DNA of 46,275 nucleotides from a virus (taxonomy: Duplodnaviria; Caudoviricetes). The stretch is taken from the IMG/VR virus record IMGVR_UViG_3300010398_000005, positions 1-46,275 of that record; one strand, given 5' to 3'. Positions 8,877-16,883 of the stretch are shown in pieces (position 1 is the stretch's first letter; every line of letters begins with the position of its first letter). The translations under genes were made by a program, and so were the position numbers. The notes beneath the pieces are model-generated. The model did not search any database. It saw only the letters and a list, made by a program, of their open reading frames with translations, and had not been told where the DNA came from.

Positions 8877-9950
8877 ATGGAGCTGTTCAAGGCGCACAAG
8901 CAGTGGGCGACCCGGCCGGCGGACGAGAGGTTCGACAGCCTCAAGGCCCTGTACGAGGCCACTCACGCGTACGCGCAGACCTCGACCGAGCGGTCCGTGC
9001 CGTGGGGCGACCTGCGCACCCGGCCGGACGGCGACCAGGTCCAGCTCGTGGGCAAGGCCGGCACCCCGGCGCTGCTCACGCACTTCAGCTTCGGTCAGCT
9101 CGCGAACCGGATCGGCGCCCCCGCGGAGTACCTGCGGGCGCTGCCGCCGTCGCTCGCCTGCGACAACCTGAACCACGGGCTGGCCACACGCTCGTTCAGC
9201 GCGGACGGCCGCGACGCCAAGCTCTTGTTCCACGTCAACGGCAATCTGCTCTGCCGCGCGCTCACGACGACCATGTACGAGCGCGTGTGGAACCACGAGA
9301 TCGCCGAGCGGCTGCTGGAGTGGGGGACCCGGGGCTGGGCGCCCGCGCGCCCGACCATGCGGCAGATCGACGGCACGCTGCCGCTCTACGCGTCGGACCA
9401 CGACATGTTCGTGTTCCTGTGCCACAACGACCTCGCCATCGCCGAGCCCGGCCAGGAGGGCGGGCTGTACCGCGGCGTCATCGTGGAGAACAGCGAGGTC
9501 GGCGCCGGTTCGCTGAAGCTCACCCGGTTCCTGTACCGGGAGATGTGCGGCAACCACATCATCTGGGGCGCCAGCAACGTCATGGACCTGAGCCTGCGCC
9601 ACGTGGGCTCGATCCGCAACCGCCTGTACACGTGGACGATCGCGCTTCGCGAGTACCAGAACTCGGGCACCGACAAGGACCAGATGATGGTCTCGCGCGC
9701 CATGTCCACCACCATCGCCGACACCAAGGAGGGCGTCCTCGACAAGCTGTTCGGCGTGCGCTCGCTCAACCTGAGCCGGCGCACCATCGAGGCGTCGTAC
9801 GACGCGGTCGTGATCGACCAGGACGGCAGCCCGAACACCGCGTGGGGCATGGCCCAGGGCATCACGCGCCACAGTCAGACGCTCCCGTTTGCCGACAAGC
9901 GGACTGAGCTGGACCGCGCGGCCGGCAAGCTCCTGGAGTTCGCGTTCTAG
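8877..9950 (+). CDS. DUF932-family protein
   Basis: LYASDHDMFVFL, NSEVGAGSL, CGNHIIWG motifs; 357 aa. Confidence 0.75.
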   Translation: MELFKAHKQWATRPADERFDSLKALYEATHAYAQTSTERSVPWGDLRTRPDGDQVQLVGKAGTPALLTHFSFGQLANRIGAPAEYLRALPPSLACDNLNHGLATRSFSADGRDAKLLFHVNGNLLCRALTTTMYERVWNHEIAERLLEWGTRGWAPARPTMRQIDGTLPLYASDHDMFVFLCHNDLAIAEPGQEGGLYRGVIVENSEVGAGSLKLTRFLYREMCGNHIIWGASNVMDLSLRHVGSIRNRLYTWTIALREYQNSGTDKDQMMVSRAMSTTIADTKEGVLDKLFGVRSLNLSRRTIEASYDAVVIDQDGSPNTAWGMAQGITRHSQTLPFADKRTELDRAAGKLLEFAF

Positions 9951-10004
9951 TAGGAGGGCAGCCCGCAAGGGCTGTAACTACCCTGTACGGTCCCAAGGCC
10001 GTAC
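9950..10004 (+). ncRNA. Twister ribozyme, permuted P5 type (cleavage 9975|9976)
   Basis: GTAG-GAGGG-[CAGCCC GCAA GGGCTG]-T|AA-CTAC-CC-T-GTACGG-TCCCAAGG-CCGTAC; P2, T1 and T2 all covary. Confidence 0.88.
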
Positions 10005-10030
10005 GCCACCATGACAGGAGGTTCTATCAG

Positions 10031-10243
10031 GTGAGTACGATCATCATCACGGGCGGCAAGATCGAGGTCAACGAGGCAGTGCGGGCGCTGCTGACTGGCC
10101 ACGCGTCGCGGTTCACCATCGAGAAGGTGGAGGACGGGCCGCGCAGCGGTTGGACCGCAGAGGAGGCCGGCGAGCACAACGTCATGCCACTGGCTCACGG
10201 TGAGCGCCAGGCGACGCTCGCGTACTCGGCCGAGCGACTGTGA
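10031..10243 (+). CDS. Hypothetical protein (70 aa)
   Basis: GGAGGTTCTATC RBS, GTG start. Confidence 0.7.
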   Translation: MSTIIITGGKIEVNEAVRALLTGHASRFTIEKVEDGPRSGWTAEEAGEHNVMPLAHGERQATLAYSAERL

Positions 10244-10614
10244 GCAGCGACACGCGCGAGCGACCCGTCAGTGGCAGCGTCGAAGCCAACCCCCTCGACG
10301 TGGACATTCACGATCCTGGCAACGTGCTCGATGCTGTCGGCCAGGTCGTGACCTACCGCTCGGACATCGACGGCGCTGTGGTGGTCGAGATCGAGACCGG
10401 TGCCGGCATCGGCCGGCTGCGCGTGTACGTCAACGATGGCCCGATCTTCGACCAAAAATCCGAGGAGCCCGGACCCCACGGCACGTGCGGCTTCGTCTGG
10501 AGAGAGAACGACATCAGCCCGGCCACCGAGGGGCACCACCGCTGCACCCTGCGCAGCGGCCACCGCTCGGTCCAGCACTACTGCTCGACATGCGGCGCGG
10601 AGTACCGCTCCTAG
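10240..10614 (+). CDS. Hypothetical protein with C-terminal Cys/His cluster (124 aa)
   Basis: GTGA overlap; C..HxC....H...HxCxxC. Confidence 0.7.
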   Translation: MSSDTRERPVSGSVEANPLDVDIHDPGNVLDAVGQVVTYRSDIDGAVVVEIETGAGIGRLRVYVNDGPIFDQKSEEPGPHGTCGFVWRENDISPATEGHHRCTLRSGHRSVQHYCSTCGAEYRS

Positions 10615-10659
10615 CCGCTACACTTCGCACGTACCAGCGAGCGGCCACCACTACCCCCC

Positions 10660-10696
10660 AAGGCCCCAGTTCTCCCCCCGGGAGGCTGGGGCCTTC
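10660..10696 (+). terminator. Putative intrinsic terminator
   Basis: AGGCCCCAG...CTGGGGCCTT stem in the intergenic gap. Confidence 0.55.
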
Positions 10697-10712
10697 TCGC
10701 ACCTGGTAGAAC

Positions 10713-10735
10713 TGTTGACGATCGTTTGCTACACT
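10713..10735 (+). promoter_or_regulatory. Extended -10 promoter with operator-like motif
   Basis: TGcTACACT about 9 nt before ATG 10745; TGTTGACGATCGTTTGCT matches 7298-7315 at 16/18. Confidence 0.6.
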
Positions 10736-10744
10736 GACGCGGTC

Positions 10745-11005
10745 ATGCCCCGCGAGAAGCTGGTGACCGTGTCCGAGCTGGCCCGTCAACTCGGGCCTGA
10801 CTGGACGCGGCCGCTGGTGTGGTACTGGCTGCACCAGACCGAGATCGAGGTCGAGCGCCTGCCCAACGGCTGGGGCGTCGTCGAGGTCTCTCGCGTCTCG
10901 GAGGTGCTGTTCAGGCTCCGAGCTGCGCGGGCAGCTCGTCGCCACGACGGCCACGGAGGAGGCGAGGCCCGCGCTCGCCGCATTCATCAGGGAGGTGTCT
11001 ATTGA
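10745..11005 (+). CDS. Helix-turn-helix DNA-binding protein (MerR/Xis-like)
   Basis: LVTVSELARQLG...VWYWL...ERLPNGW pattern; 86 aa. Confidence 0.7.
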   Translation: MPREKLVTVSELARQLGPDWTRPLVWYWLHQTEIEVERLPNGWGVVEVSRVSEVLFRLRAARAARRHDGHGGGEARARRIHQGGVY

Positions 11006-11007
11006 CC

Positions 11008-11517
11008 ATGCTGGACGACTTCAGGCCCACCGCGCCCGAGCTTCACGCGGCGGAGCGGCTGGCCGAGGTGTGGACCGAGGCCGAGGCCGCGTACGAGCGC
11101 GGCCGCGCCGACCTGGAGGGCGACGGAGACTGCCAGGTCGGGACCCGCTCCGAGCTGGACCTGGCCACCGAGTTCCTGGGCGACCACCAGGTGGTGGAGG
11201 CCCTGCTGCGGGGCGAGCGCCCGCTCATCACGTACTCGGTGCTGGCCATGCCGGACGGGCAGACGCGCGCCATGTTCACCGGGCACACGACCGAGGGCGA
11301 GGAGCTGCGGTTCGCCCACTGCATGCTGCTGGACATGATCCGGCGGCAGCTCGACCGCGTCGAGGGCGAGGGCGAGGCGGCGCGGCTGCTGTTCGTCATG
11401 GCGGCCACGGCCACCGACGTGACCACCACCCGGCGCGAGGACGGCACCGAGATCGAGACCGTGGACTTCCGCGAGCAGCCCGGACGAGGGCGGCGCCAGC
11501 GCTCCGGACGACGATGA
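11008..11517 (+). CDS. Hypothetical protein (169 aa)
   Basis: GGGAGG RBS, GC3-rich codons. Confidence 0.75.
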   Translation: MLDDFRPTAPELHAAERLAEVWTEAEAAYERGRADLEGDGDCQVGTRSELDLATEFLGDHQVVEALLRGERPLITYSVLAMPDGQTRAMFTGHTTEGEELRFAHCMLLDMIRRQLDRVEGEGEAARLLFVMAATATDVTTTRREDGTEIETVDFREQPGRGRRQRSGRR

Positions 11518-12101
11518 CGACGACGAGTAGGCGGGCGCTCCTCGCTCTGTTCGTCGTCGCCGGCCTGGCCTGCGGCTCGGCGGCTCGCGTGGCCCATCAG
11601 GGTGACGTGGCGCCCGCCAGCCCGGCCTCGCCGGCTCCGTACACCCCGGCGCCCAGCGCGACGCCGTCAGCGGCGCCCACGGCCGCCGTACAGCCGCTCC
11701 GGCCGCCCACCAACCCGCCCGTCCAGGCGCCGGCGAAGGTCGTGACCTTCATCGCCAACCGGCTCCAGGGTCCCGGGCTCGACGTGGCGATCGGCGCCAA
11801 CGTCACCGGGTCCTGCGCCGTCAACCGCACCCTGGCCCCGGGCTCCGCGCACGTGGACCCCTGCGAGCCGGGGCTGTGGTTCGACTGCCACGTCGGCACG
11901 TGCCCCGCGATGAACTCGTGGGGCGTCGGCGCGGCCGTGACCTGGTGGGACGGCGGCGGCATCCCGCACACGTATCACGTGACGGGCGTCTCTGTTGTGC
12001 CCATCGACAACCAGCCGCACCAGGTGGCCGGCGGCCCGGTCCACTTCCAGGTCTGCACCAGTCTGGCGGGCGCTAGCGCCCGCGTACTGGCGGCGGCGTG
12101 A
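11514..12101 (+). CDS. Sortase-like lipoprotein
   Basis: Signal peptide with lipobox LAC, Pro/Ala linker, RLQGPGLDV..H..YHVTGVSVV..FQVC..R resembling the sortase His-Cys-Arg layout. Confidence 0.55.
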   Translation: MTTTSRRALLALFVVAGLACGSAARVAHQGDVAPASPASPAPYTPAPSATPSAAPTAAVQPLRPPTNPPVQAPAKVVTFIANRLQGPGLDVAIGANVTGSCAVNRTLAPGSAHVDPCEPGLWFDCHVGTCPAMNSWGVGAAVTWWDGGGIPHTYHVTGVSVVPIDNQPHQVAGGPVHFQVCTSLAGASARVLAAA

Positions 12102-12214
12102 GCGGGGGCAACGGCAAGGACAAGGACAAGCCGAACCCCGAGCCCAAGAAGCCGCCCGAGCCCACGCCACCGCCCGCCGACCCCAACAAGGGCAAGCGAG
12201 CGAACGGCTACTGA
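12098..12214 (+). CDS. Pro/Lys-rich micro-protein (38 aa)
   Basis: GTGA overlap; MSGGNGKDKDKPNPEPKKPPEP... Confidence 0.55.
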   Translation: MSGGNGKDKDKPNPEPKKPPEPTPPPADPNKGKRANGY

Positions 12215-12272
12215 GCGGAGGACAGGGGCCGCGCCCCTGTAACGCGCCAGCGCCCCGTTCCAAGTCGGGGGC
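12215..12272 (+). ncRNA. Twister ribozyme, permuted P5 type (cleavage 12240|12241)
   Basis: GCG-GAGGA-[CAGGGGC..GCCCCTG]-T|AA-CGC-GC..CCCCG-TTCCAAGT-CGGGG. Confidence 0.8.
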
Positions 12273-12298
12273 ACGCGTTGCCAATGAAAGGAGGTTCT

Positions 12299-12436
12299 AT
12301 GGCAGGCAAGAACGGCAGCAAGGGGCCATGCCCGAGCAGTGACAACGGCCAGCACAATTGGGCCAAGGTCACCAATGCCAATGCCAAGGGCGAGGCGACG
12401 GGCGAGGTGTGCTCGTACTGCGGAGCCACACGATGA
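12299..12436 (+). CDS. Zn-binding micro-protein (45 aa)
   Basis: AAGGAGG RBS; C..HNW..CSYC; ATGA overlap with the next gene. Confidence 0.7.
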   Translation: MAGKNGSKGPCPSSDNGQHNWAKVTNANAKGEATGEVCSYCGATR

Positions 12437-13011
12437 AGCTGGACGAGCTGCAAGAGGGCCAGGAGTACGCGATCAGGCGCAACCGGATCAAGGACGCGAG
12501 CTGGACGACGCCGTGTCGGGCGCGGCTGTCGCAGATCGTGACCACGCGGTCTCGTCGCACCAACCGCCAGGAGCGCCTGTGTCTGTTCACGCTGTTGGAG
12601 GATGCCGAGTGGATCATCGATGGCGATCCCCAGCGCGCTGGGACCTCGATCACCATCGAGGCTCGATTCGTGTGGCGGACCTGGGCACTCCAGGCCCAGC
12701 TCAACGAGCAGAAGCGGCTCATCGAGCAGGCGCGTGAGGCCAACACCGCGACCATGCGGCGCGTGCTCGGCCAGCTCGGGCTCCACGACGAGCGCTACGT
12801 GCGCACCAATGCGGACCCGGCGCAGTACGACGTCACGGTCTCCGTCGCCGAGCTGGAGAAGCTGGCTGTCGCGGTGGTCGAGATCGAGCGGCTGCTGTAC
12901 GGCTGGTTTGTGGAGGCCACGCAATACGAGTACCGGCTACAAGATCAGCCGGCCGACCGGGCGCTCTACCTGTGGTGCGCTAACCACGACTTCAGCAACG
13001 TCACGGGGTGA
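12433..13011 (+). CDS. Hypothetical protein (192 aa)
   Basis: MKLDELQEGQEY..., coupled to both neighbours. Confidence 0.75.
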   Translation: MKLDELQEGQEYAIRRNRIKDASWTTPCRARLSQIVTTRSRRTNRQERLCLFTLLEDAEWIIDGDPQRAGTSITIEARFVWRTWALQAQLNEQKRLIEQAREANTATMRRVLGQLGLHDERYVRTNADPAQYDVTVSVAELEKLAVAVVEIERLLYGWFVEATQYEYRLQDQPADRALYLWCANHDFSNVTG

Positions 13012-13520
13012 GCGGTCTCACCCTGCGCCACCCCACCATGCGCGAGCTGCACAGGCTCGCGCTGGACCGGGGCTGGCGCGTCGAGCAGCACGGCGCCGAG
13101 CTGCATTGGTTCAATCCGGACAAGACCGTGAACATGGTCGTCACCCCGATGAGCCCAGGCGACCACGACCGCGGGCTCGCCAATTCAGTCGCCCAGCTCC
13201 GACGCGTGGGGCTGGACATACCACGGAGGCGAGGCATGCCGGAGAGCCCGGAGCAGCTACCAGCCCAGCAGCCAGCGGCTGAGCTGGACCCGTTCGTGCG
13301 CAGCCTGGCCGACCTCATCGAGGAGGAGCTGGCCCGGCGCACAGCCAACCTGGAGAGCCAGGTGCAGGAGCTGGAGGATCGCGCGACAGCGCTGGCCAAC
13401 GACAACGCCGACCTGCGGCAGAAGCTCAAGGACTGCGACGAGGGTATCGAGCAGCGAGCCGAGCAGGCAGCGCTGGCCGCTGTCCGCGAGATGCTGGCGC
13501 AGCGACGCGTCCCTCGATAG
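13008..13520 (+). CDS. HicA-like N-terminal domain plus coiled coil
   Basis: GWRVE..WFNPD..VVTPMSPGD..N..AQLRRVG resembles actinophage HicA-like proteins. Confidence 0.5.
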   Translation: MSGLTLRHPTMRELHRLALDRGWRVEQHGAELHWFNPDKTVNMVVTPMSPGDHDRGLANSVAQLRRVGLDIPRRRGMPESPEQLPAQQPAAELDPFVRSLADLIEEELARRTANLESQVQELEDRATALANDNADLRQKLKDCDEGIEQRAEQAALAAVREMLAQRRVPR

Positions 13521-13578
13521 TGGGAGGGCAGCGGGCCGGTGCCCGCTGTAACCACGCGGTATGGTCCCAAGCCCGTAC
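13520..13578 (+). ncRNA. Twister ribozyme, permuted P5 type (cleavage 13549|13550)
   Basis: GTGG-GAGGG-[CAGCGGGC..GCCCGCTG]-T|AA-CCAC-GC-G-GTATGG-TCCCAAGC-CCGTAC. Confidence 0.88.
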
Positions 13579-13604
13579 AAATCCTGCGTGGTCGGAGGTT
13601 CTAC

Positions 13605-14549
13605 GTGACCCTGATCGCCTACGAGCATAAGCAGTTCTCGCGGGCGTCCGAGGCGAAGATCGAGCAGGCCAACGCGATCATCGCCGAGTACCAGGCCCAG
13701 GGCTTCAGCCTGACGCTCAGGCAGCTCTACTACCAGCACGTGGCCAGGGGGCTGATCCCCAACACGTTGCAGTCGTACAAGTCCCTCGGCAACCTCATCA
13801 ACGACGCGCGCATGGCCGGGCGCGTCTCCTGGACCGCGATCGAGGACCGGACCCGGTTCCTGCGGGCGCTGTCGAGCTGGAACAGCCCCGAGGACGTGGT
13901 TCAGGCAGCCGCGGACGACTACCACGAGAACTGGTGGCGCGACCAGCCGGTCCACTCCGAGGTGTGGATCGAGAAGGACGCGCTGGTGGGCGTGTTCGAG
14001 GGCGTGTGCAACGACCTCGACGTGCCCCTGTTCTCGTGCCGCGGGTACGCCTCGGCGTCCGAGGTGTGGCTGGCCGGCATGCGGCTCCAGCGCAAGATCC
14101 GCAGCGGCAAGCGGGTGGTGATCTTCCACTTCGGGGACCACGACCCGTCCGGCCTCGACATGACTCGCGACATCACCGACCGGCTCATCACGTTCATCAG
14201 CCACCACGCGAGGGTCGCGTACCCCGATCGCTTCAACGTCGAGCGGGTGGCGCTGACCATGGATCAGGTCAACCAGTACGGGCCGCCGCCCAACCCGGCC
14301 AAGACCACCGACTCTCGCTTCGAGGACTACCAGCGCGAGTACGGCGACGACTCCTGGGAGCTGGACGCGCTGGAGCCCCAGGTGCTGGCCGATCTGGTAC
14401 GGTCGTCCATCGAGGGCGTGGTGGACAGCGACCTGATGGAGGCGGCGCAGGAGGAGGAGCGCAAGGCGAAGCGACTGCTCGCGCTCGCGGCCACCAACTG
14501 GTACGACGTCGCCGAGTACCTGCGCGACAACCACGGCGACGACGAGTGA
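13605..14549 (+). CDS. Spo11/Topo VI-A-like winged-helix + TOPRIM protein
   Basis: TLRQLYYQ, WIEKDAL, RGYAS, GDHDPSG, ELDAL. Confidence 0.8.
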   Translation: MTLIAYEHKQFSRASEAKIEQANAIIAEYQAQGFSLTLRQLYYQHVARGLIPNTLQSYKSLGNLINDARMAGRVSWTAIEDRTRFLRALSSWNSPEDVVQAAADDYHENWWRDQPVHSEVWIEKDALVGVFEGVCNDLDVPLFSCRGYASASEVWLAGMRLQRKIRSGKRVVIFHFGDHDPSGLDMTRDITDRLITFISHHARVAYPDRFNVERVALTMDQVNQYGPPPNPAKTTDSRFEDYQREYGDDSWELDALEPQVLADLVRSSIEGVVDSDLMEAAQEEERKAKRLLALAATNWYDVAEYLRDNHGDDE

Positions 14550-14905
14550 GCAAGTTCCGAGGAAATCGCGGTCACGGTGAGGAAGGGGCGTCTGTCGCCC
14601 ATGTTCGGTTCGATATCGACCCCGAGAAGAACCCTGCTCTGGCTGAACTCGTGCGCGCCCAGCGCCGGGGTTGGGAGATCGAGGGCGCCGCTGTTGATGG
14701 CGAGGGCGAAGAAGTCTCCCTCGACGCGTTCTTGGAACAGGTAAGAATGGGAACGGTAGCCTCTGTCGTCGCCCTCAACGAGGCGATGAACCGGTTGGAA
14801 CATCGCAAGCGAGATATCGACGACATGCTTTCCATCATGAAGTCGGCGGTAGAACTGCATCGCAAGATTCAGCGACTGAGCCAGAGCTTGGGTGGTCGGG
14901 GGTGA
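14546..14905 (+). CDS. Hypothetical protein (119 aa)
   Basis: GTGA overlaps at both ends. Confidence 0.65.
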   Translation: MSKFRGNRGHGEEGASVAHVRFDIDPEKNPALAELVRAQRRGWEIEGAAVDGEGEEVSLDAFLEQVRMGTVASVVALNEAMNRLEHRKRDIDDMLSIMKSAVELHRKIQRLSQSLGGRG

Positions 14906-16329
14906 GCTACACCCTGTTCCCGTGGCAGCCCCGAGGGGCCGACATGCTGGAACGGACCAGCGGCGTGCTCAATTGGGAGATGCGAACGGGCAAGACCCGT
15001 ACCACGCTCCACGCCCACAACAACCGGCTCAACGCCGGCCGCTCCCGCGATCTGGTCGTGGTCGGCCCCAGCACCGCGCTCGGTGTGTGGCCGGAGGAGG
15101 CCGAGGCAATGCGCCTCGGCCTCTCCTTCGTCCGCTGCTACGGCACCAAGGAGTCCACGCGGCGGCTGGTGCCGGACCCGACCAACTGGCCGGACTGGAT
15201 GCCGCGCGTCTACCTCATCAACCCCGAGATTCTGCCCTACTGGCTGGGCTGGTTCCAGGAGCACCTGGAGGTCGAGCAGTTCAACCTGGTAGCCGACGAG
15301 AGCCACGTCTACCTCCGCTGTACCACGGGGCAGACGCAGCGGTACATCGCCTTCGACGCGCTGGCCAAGGGCACCGACCGGGTGTGGGAGTTGTCCGGCA
15401 CCTGGTACGTGAACAGCGCGCTGGACATCTACTGGCAGCTCCGGCCCTTCGGCAGCTCCAACAACCCGTTCTTCTTCACGAAGAAGGCGTGCTTCAAGGC
15501 GCCGTGGGCCAAGGACCGCAAGAACGCGGCGTGCGGCCGATGCTTCGCCTGCCGGTACTGTAACGCGGCGCCCAACCCGTTCGCGCAGACCGGGCTGAGC
15601 TACACCGGCATCCGCAACGAGGACGAGCTGTGGGCGAAGCTGCCCAACGTGCTCGCCCTGCGCGAGGAGGAGGTCAGGGCCATCGCGCTCCCGGACCGCT
15701 TCCCTGTATGGGTCGGCGAGGGCGATGCCGCGTGGCCGGACGCCGACCTGCCCGACAGCGTCCTGGACGCCGAGCAGCAGGCCCTGGTGCCGGCCAAGAT
15801 CAGGCTCACGCAGGCGTACCTCGCTCAGCTCCGCGCCGGTGAGCTGGCCTACGTCGAGCGTCCCGACCGGCCGCTGGTCGAGCACCACGAGCCCGTGGTC
15901 ATCTTCGGTTGGCACCGCGCGTACACCGAGGGGCTGGCGCGGGTCCTGGACTGCCCGGTCATCACCGGGGACACCAGCGTGCGCGACCGCGACCGCATCC
16001 GCCACGACTTCGCGGCCGGGAAGCTCCCGCTGCTGGTCGGCAACCTTCAGTCGGCGGGCCTGGGTATCGACCTCTCGGCCGCCCGCTGGTTCCTGTACGG
16101 GGAGCCCCGGCGCGACGCCGCGCTCCATTATCAGGCTGAAGCCCGGGGGCGTGGTCCGAAGCAGAAGGCCAAGACCCTACGCCACGCCTACCTGCTGATC
16201 CGGGGGTCGGTGGACGCCACGATCTGGCGGCACCGACTCCACCGCGGCGACGACATCGAGAGGTTCTATACTGCTGGGCGCGACGTCGGCCGGGAGGCCG
16301 GCGGGAGGTTCCTGGAGGAGGTGCGATGA
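14902..16329 (+). CDS. SNF2-like SF2 helicase
   Basis: EMRTGKT, ADESH, LSGT, GLGIDL, QAEARGRG. Confidence 0.9.
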   Translation: MSYTLFPWQPRGADMLERTSGVLNWEMRTGKTRTTLHAHNNRLNAGRSRDLVVVGPSTALGVWPEEAEAMRLGLSFVRCYGTKESTRRLVPDPTNWPDWMPRVYLINPEILPYWLGWFQEHLEVEQFNLVADESHVYLRCTTGQTQRYIAFDALAKGTDRVWELSGTWYVNSALDIYWQLRPFGSSNNPFFFTKKACFKAPWAKDRKNAACGRCFACRYCNAAPNPFAQTGLSYTGIRNEDELWAKLPNVLALREEEVRAIALPDRFPVWVGEGDAAWPDADLPDSVLDAEQQALVPAKIRLTQAYLAQLRAGELAYVERPDRPLVEHHEPVVIFGWHRAYTEGLARVLDCPVITGDTSVRDRDRIRHDFAAGKLPLLVGNLQSAGLGIDLSAARWFLYGEPRRDAALHYQAEARGRGPKQKAKTLRHAYLLIRGSVDATIWRHRLHRGDDIERFYTAGRDVGREAGGRFLEEVR

Positions 16330-16475
16330 TCGGTTGGGTTCTGTTCTTCATCGTGCTGGCGGCTCTAGCCGTCTACGGCTTCGCGAGCGGGTATCGGCGT
16401 GGCGCGGAGCGCAGGCGTGAGCGCCAGCTCCGTGCTCGCGGCGTCGCTCGCAAGTACGGACTGAGGAAGCCCTGA
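16326..16475 (+). CDS. Small membrane protein (49 aa)
   Basis: GGAGG RBS; MIGWVLFFIVLAALAVYGF then basic tail. Confidence 0.65.
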   Translation: MIGWVLFFIVLAALAVYGFASGYRRGAERRRERQLRARGVARKYGLRKP

Positions 16476-16801
16476 TGTACCACCTGCGACGTGCGCTGTA
16501 CGGCGACGGCTGGGAGGAGCGGGCGGACGGCATCGTGGTCCCGCCGGGCTCGATGTATCCGGACCGCGTCGTCTTCCGCAACGTCAGCATGGGGGTCTGC
16601 TGGCGCCCCGGGTGCGAGCGCACGGACACCCACTTCGAGCTGCGCATGAGCAGCGGCCCGGAGATCTGGTGCTCGGAGCACGGGTCGCCGGTGTTCAACC
16701 GACTGGACCTGACCGCGATCCGCGGCATCCAGAACGAGGAGCCGGAGCCGAGGCCGGCGAGCCAGGAGCCTCCAGCCTGGTACAAGCTGCTGGAGGGCTA
16801 G
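16475..16801 (+). CDS. Hypothetical protein with Cys/His motif (108 aa)
   Basis: CWRPGC...CSEH; TGATG coupling. Confidence 0.7.
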   Translation: MYHLRRALYGDGWEERADGIVVPPGSMYPDRVVFRNVSMGVCWRPGCERTDTHFELRMSSGPEIWCSEHGSPVFNRLDLTAIRGIQNEEPEPRPASQEPPAWYKLLEG

Positions 16802-16827
16802 CAGACGAGCGTCTGCTGTGCTAGTAT
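16800..16827 (+). promoter_or_regulatory. Palindromic operator plus extended -10 promoter
   Basis: AGCAGACG-AG-CGTCTGCT followed by TGcTAGTAT; 5' UTR hairpin at 16829-16860. Confidence 0.65.
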
Positions 16828-16883
16828 CTTGGGGCGACGGCGTTGGACCGTCGCCCCCAACCGTTCTACGAGGAGCGATGCGC

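Noticed and set aside
7934-13604. Intergenic repeats as integron attC sites (TAAC...GTT hairpins)
   Set aside because: No tyrosine recombinase is present and GTTRRRY is not conserved; pseudoknot covariation fits twister RNA much better
15558-15590. CTGTAACGCGGC resembling an eighth ribozyme
   Set aside because: Lies inside the helicase CDS and lacks the P1 hairpin, GAGG strand and P4/L4
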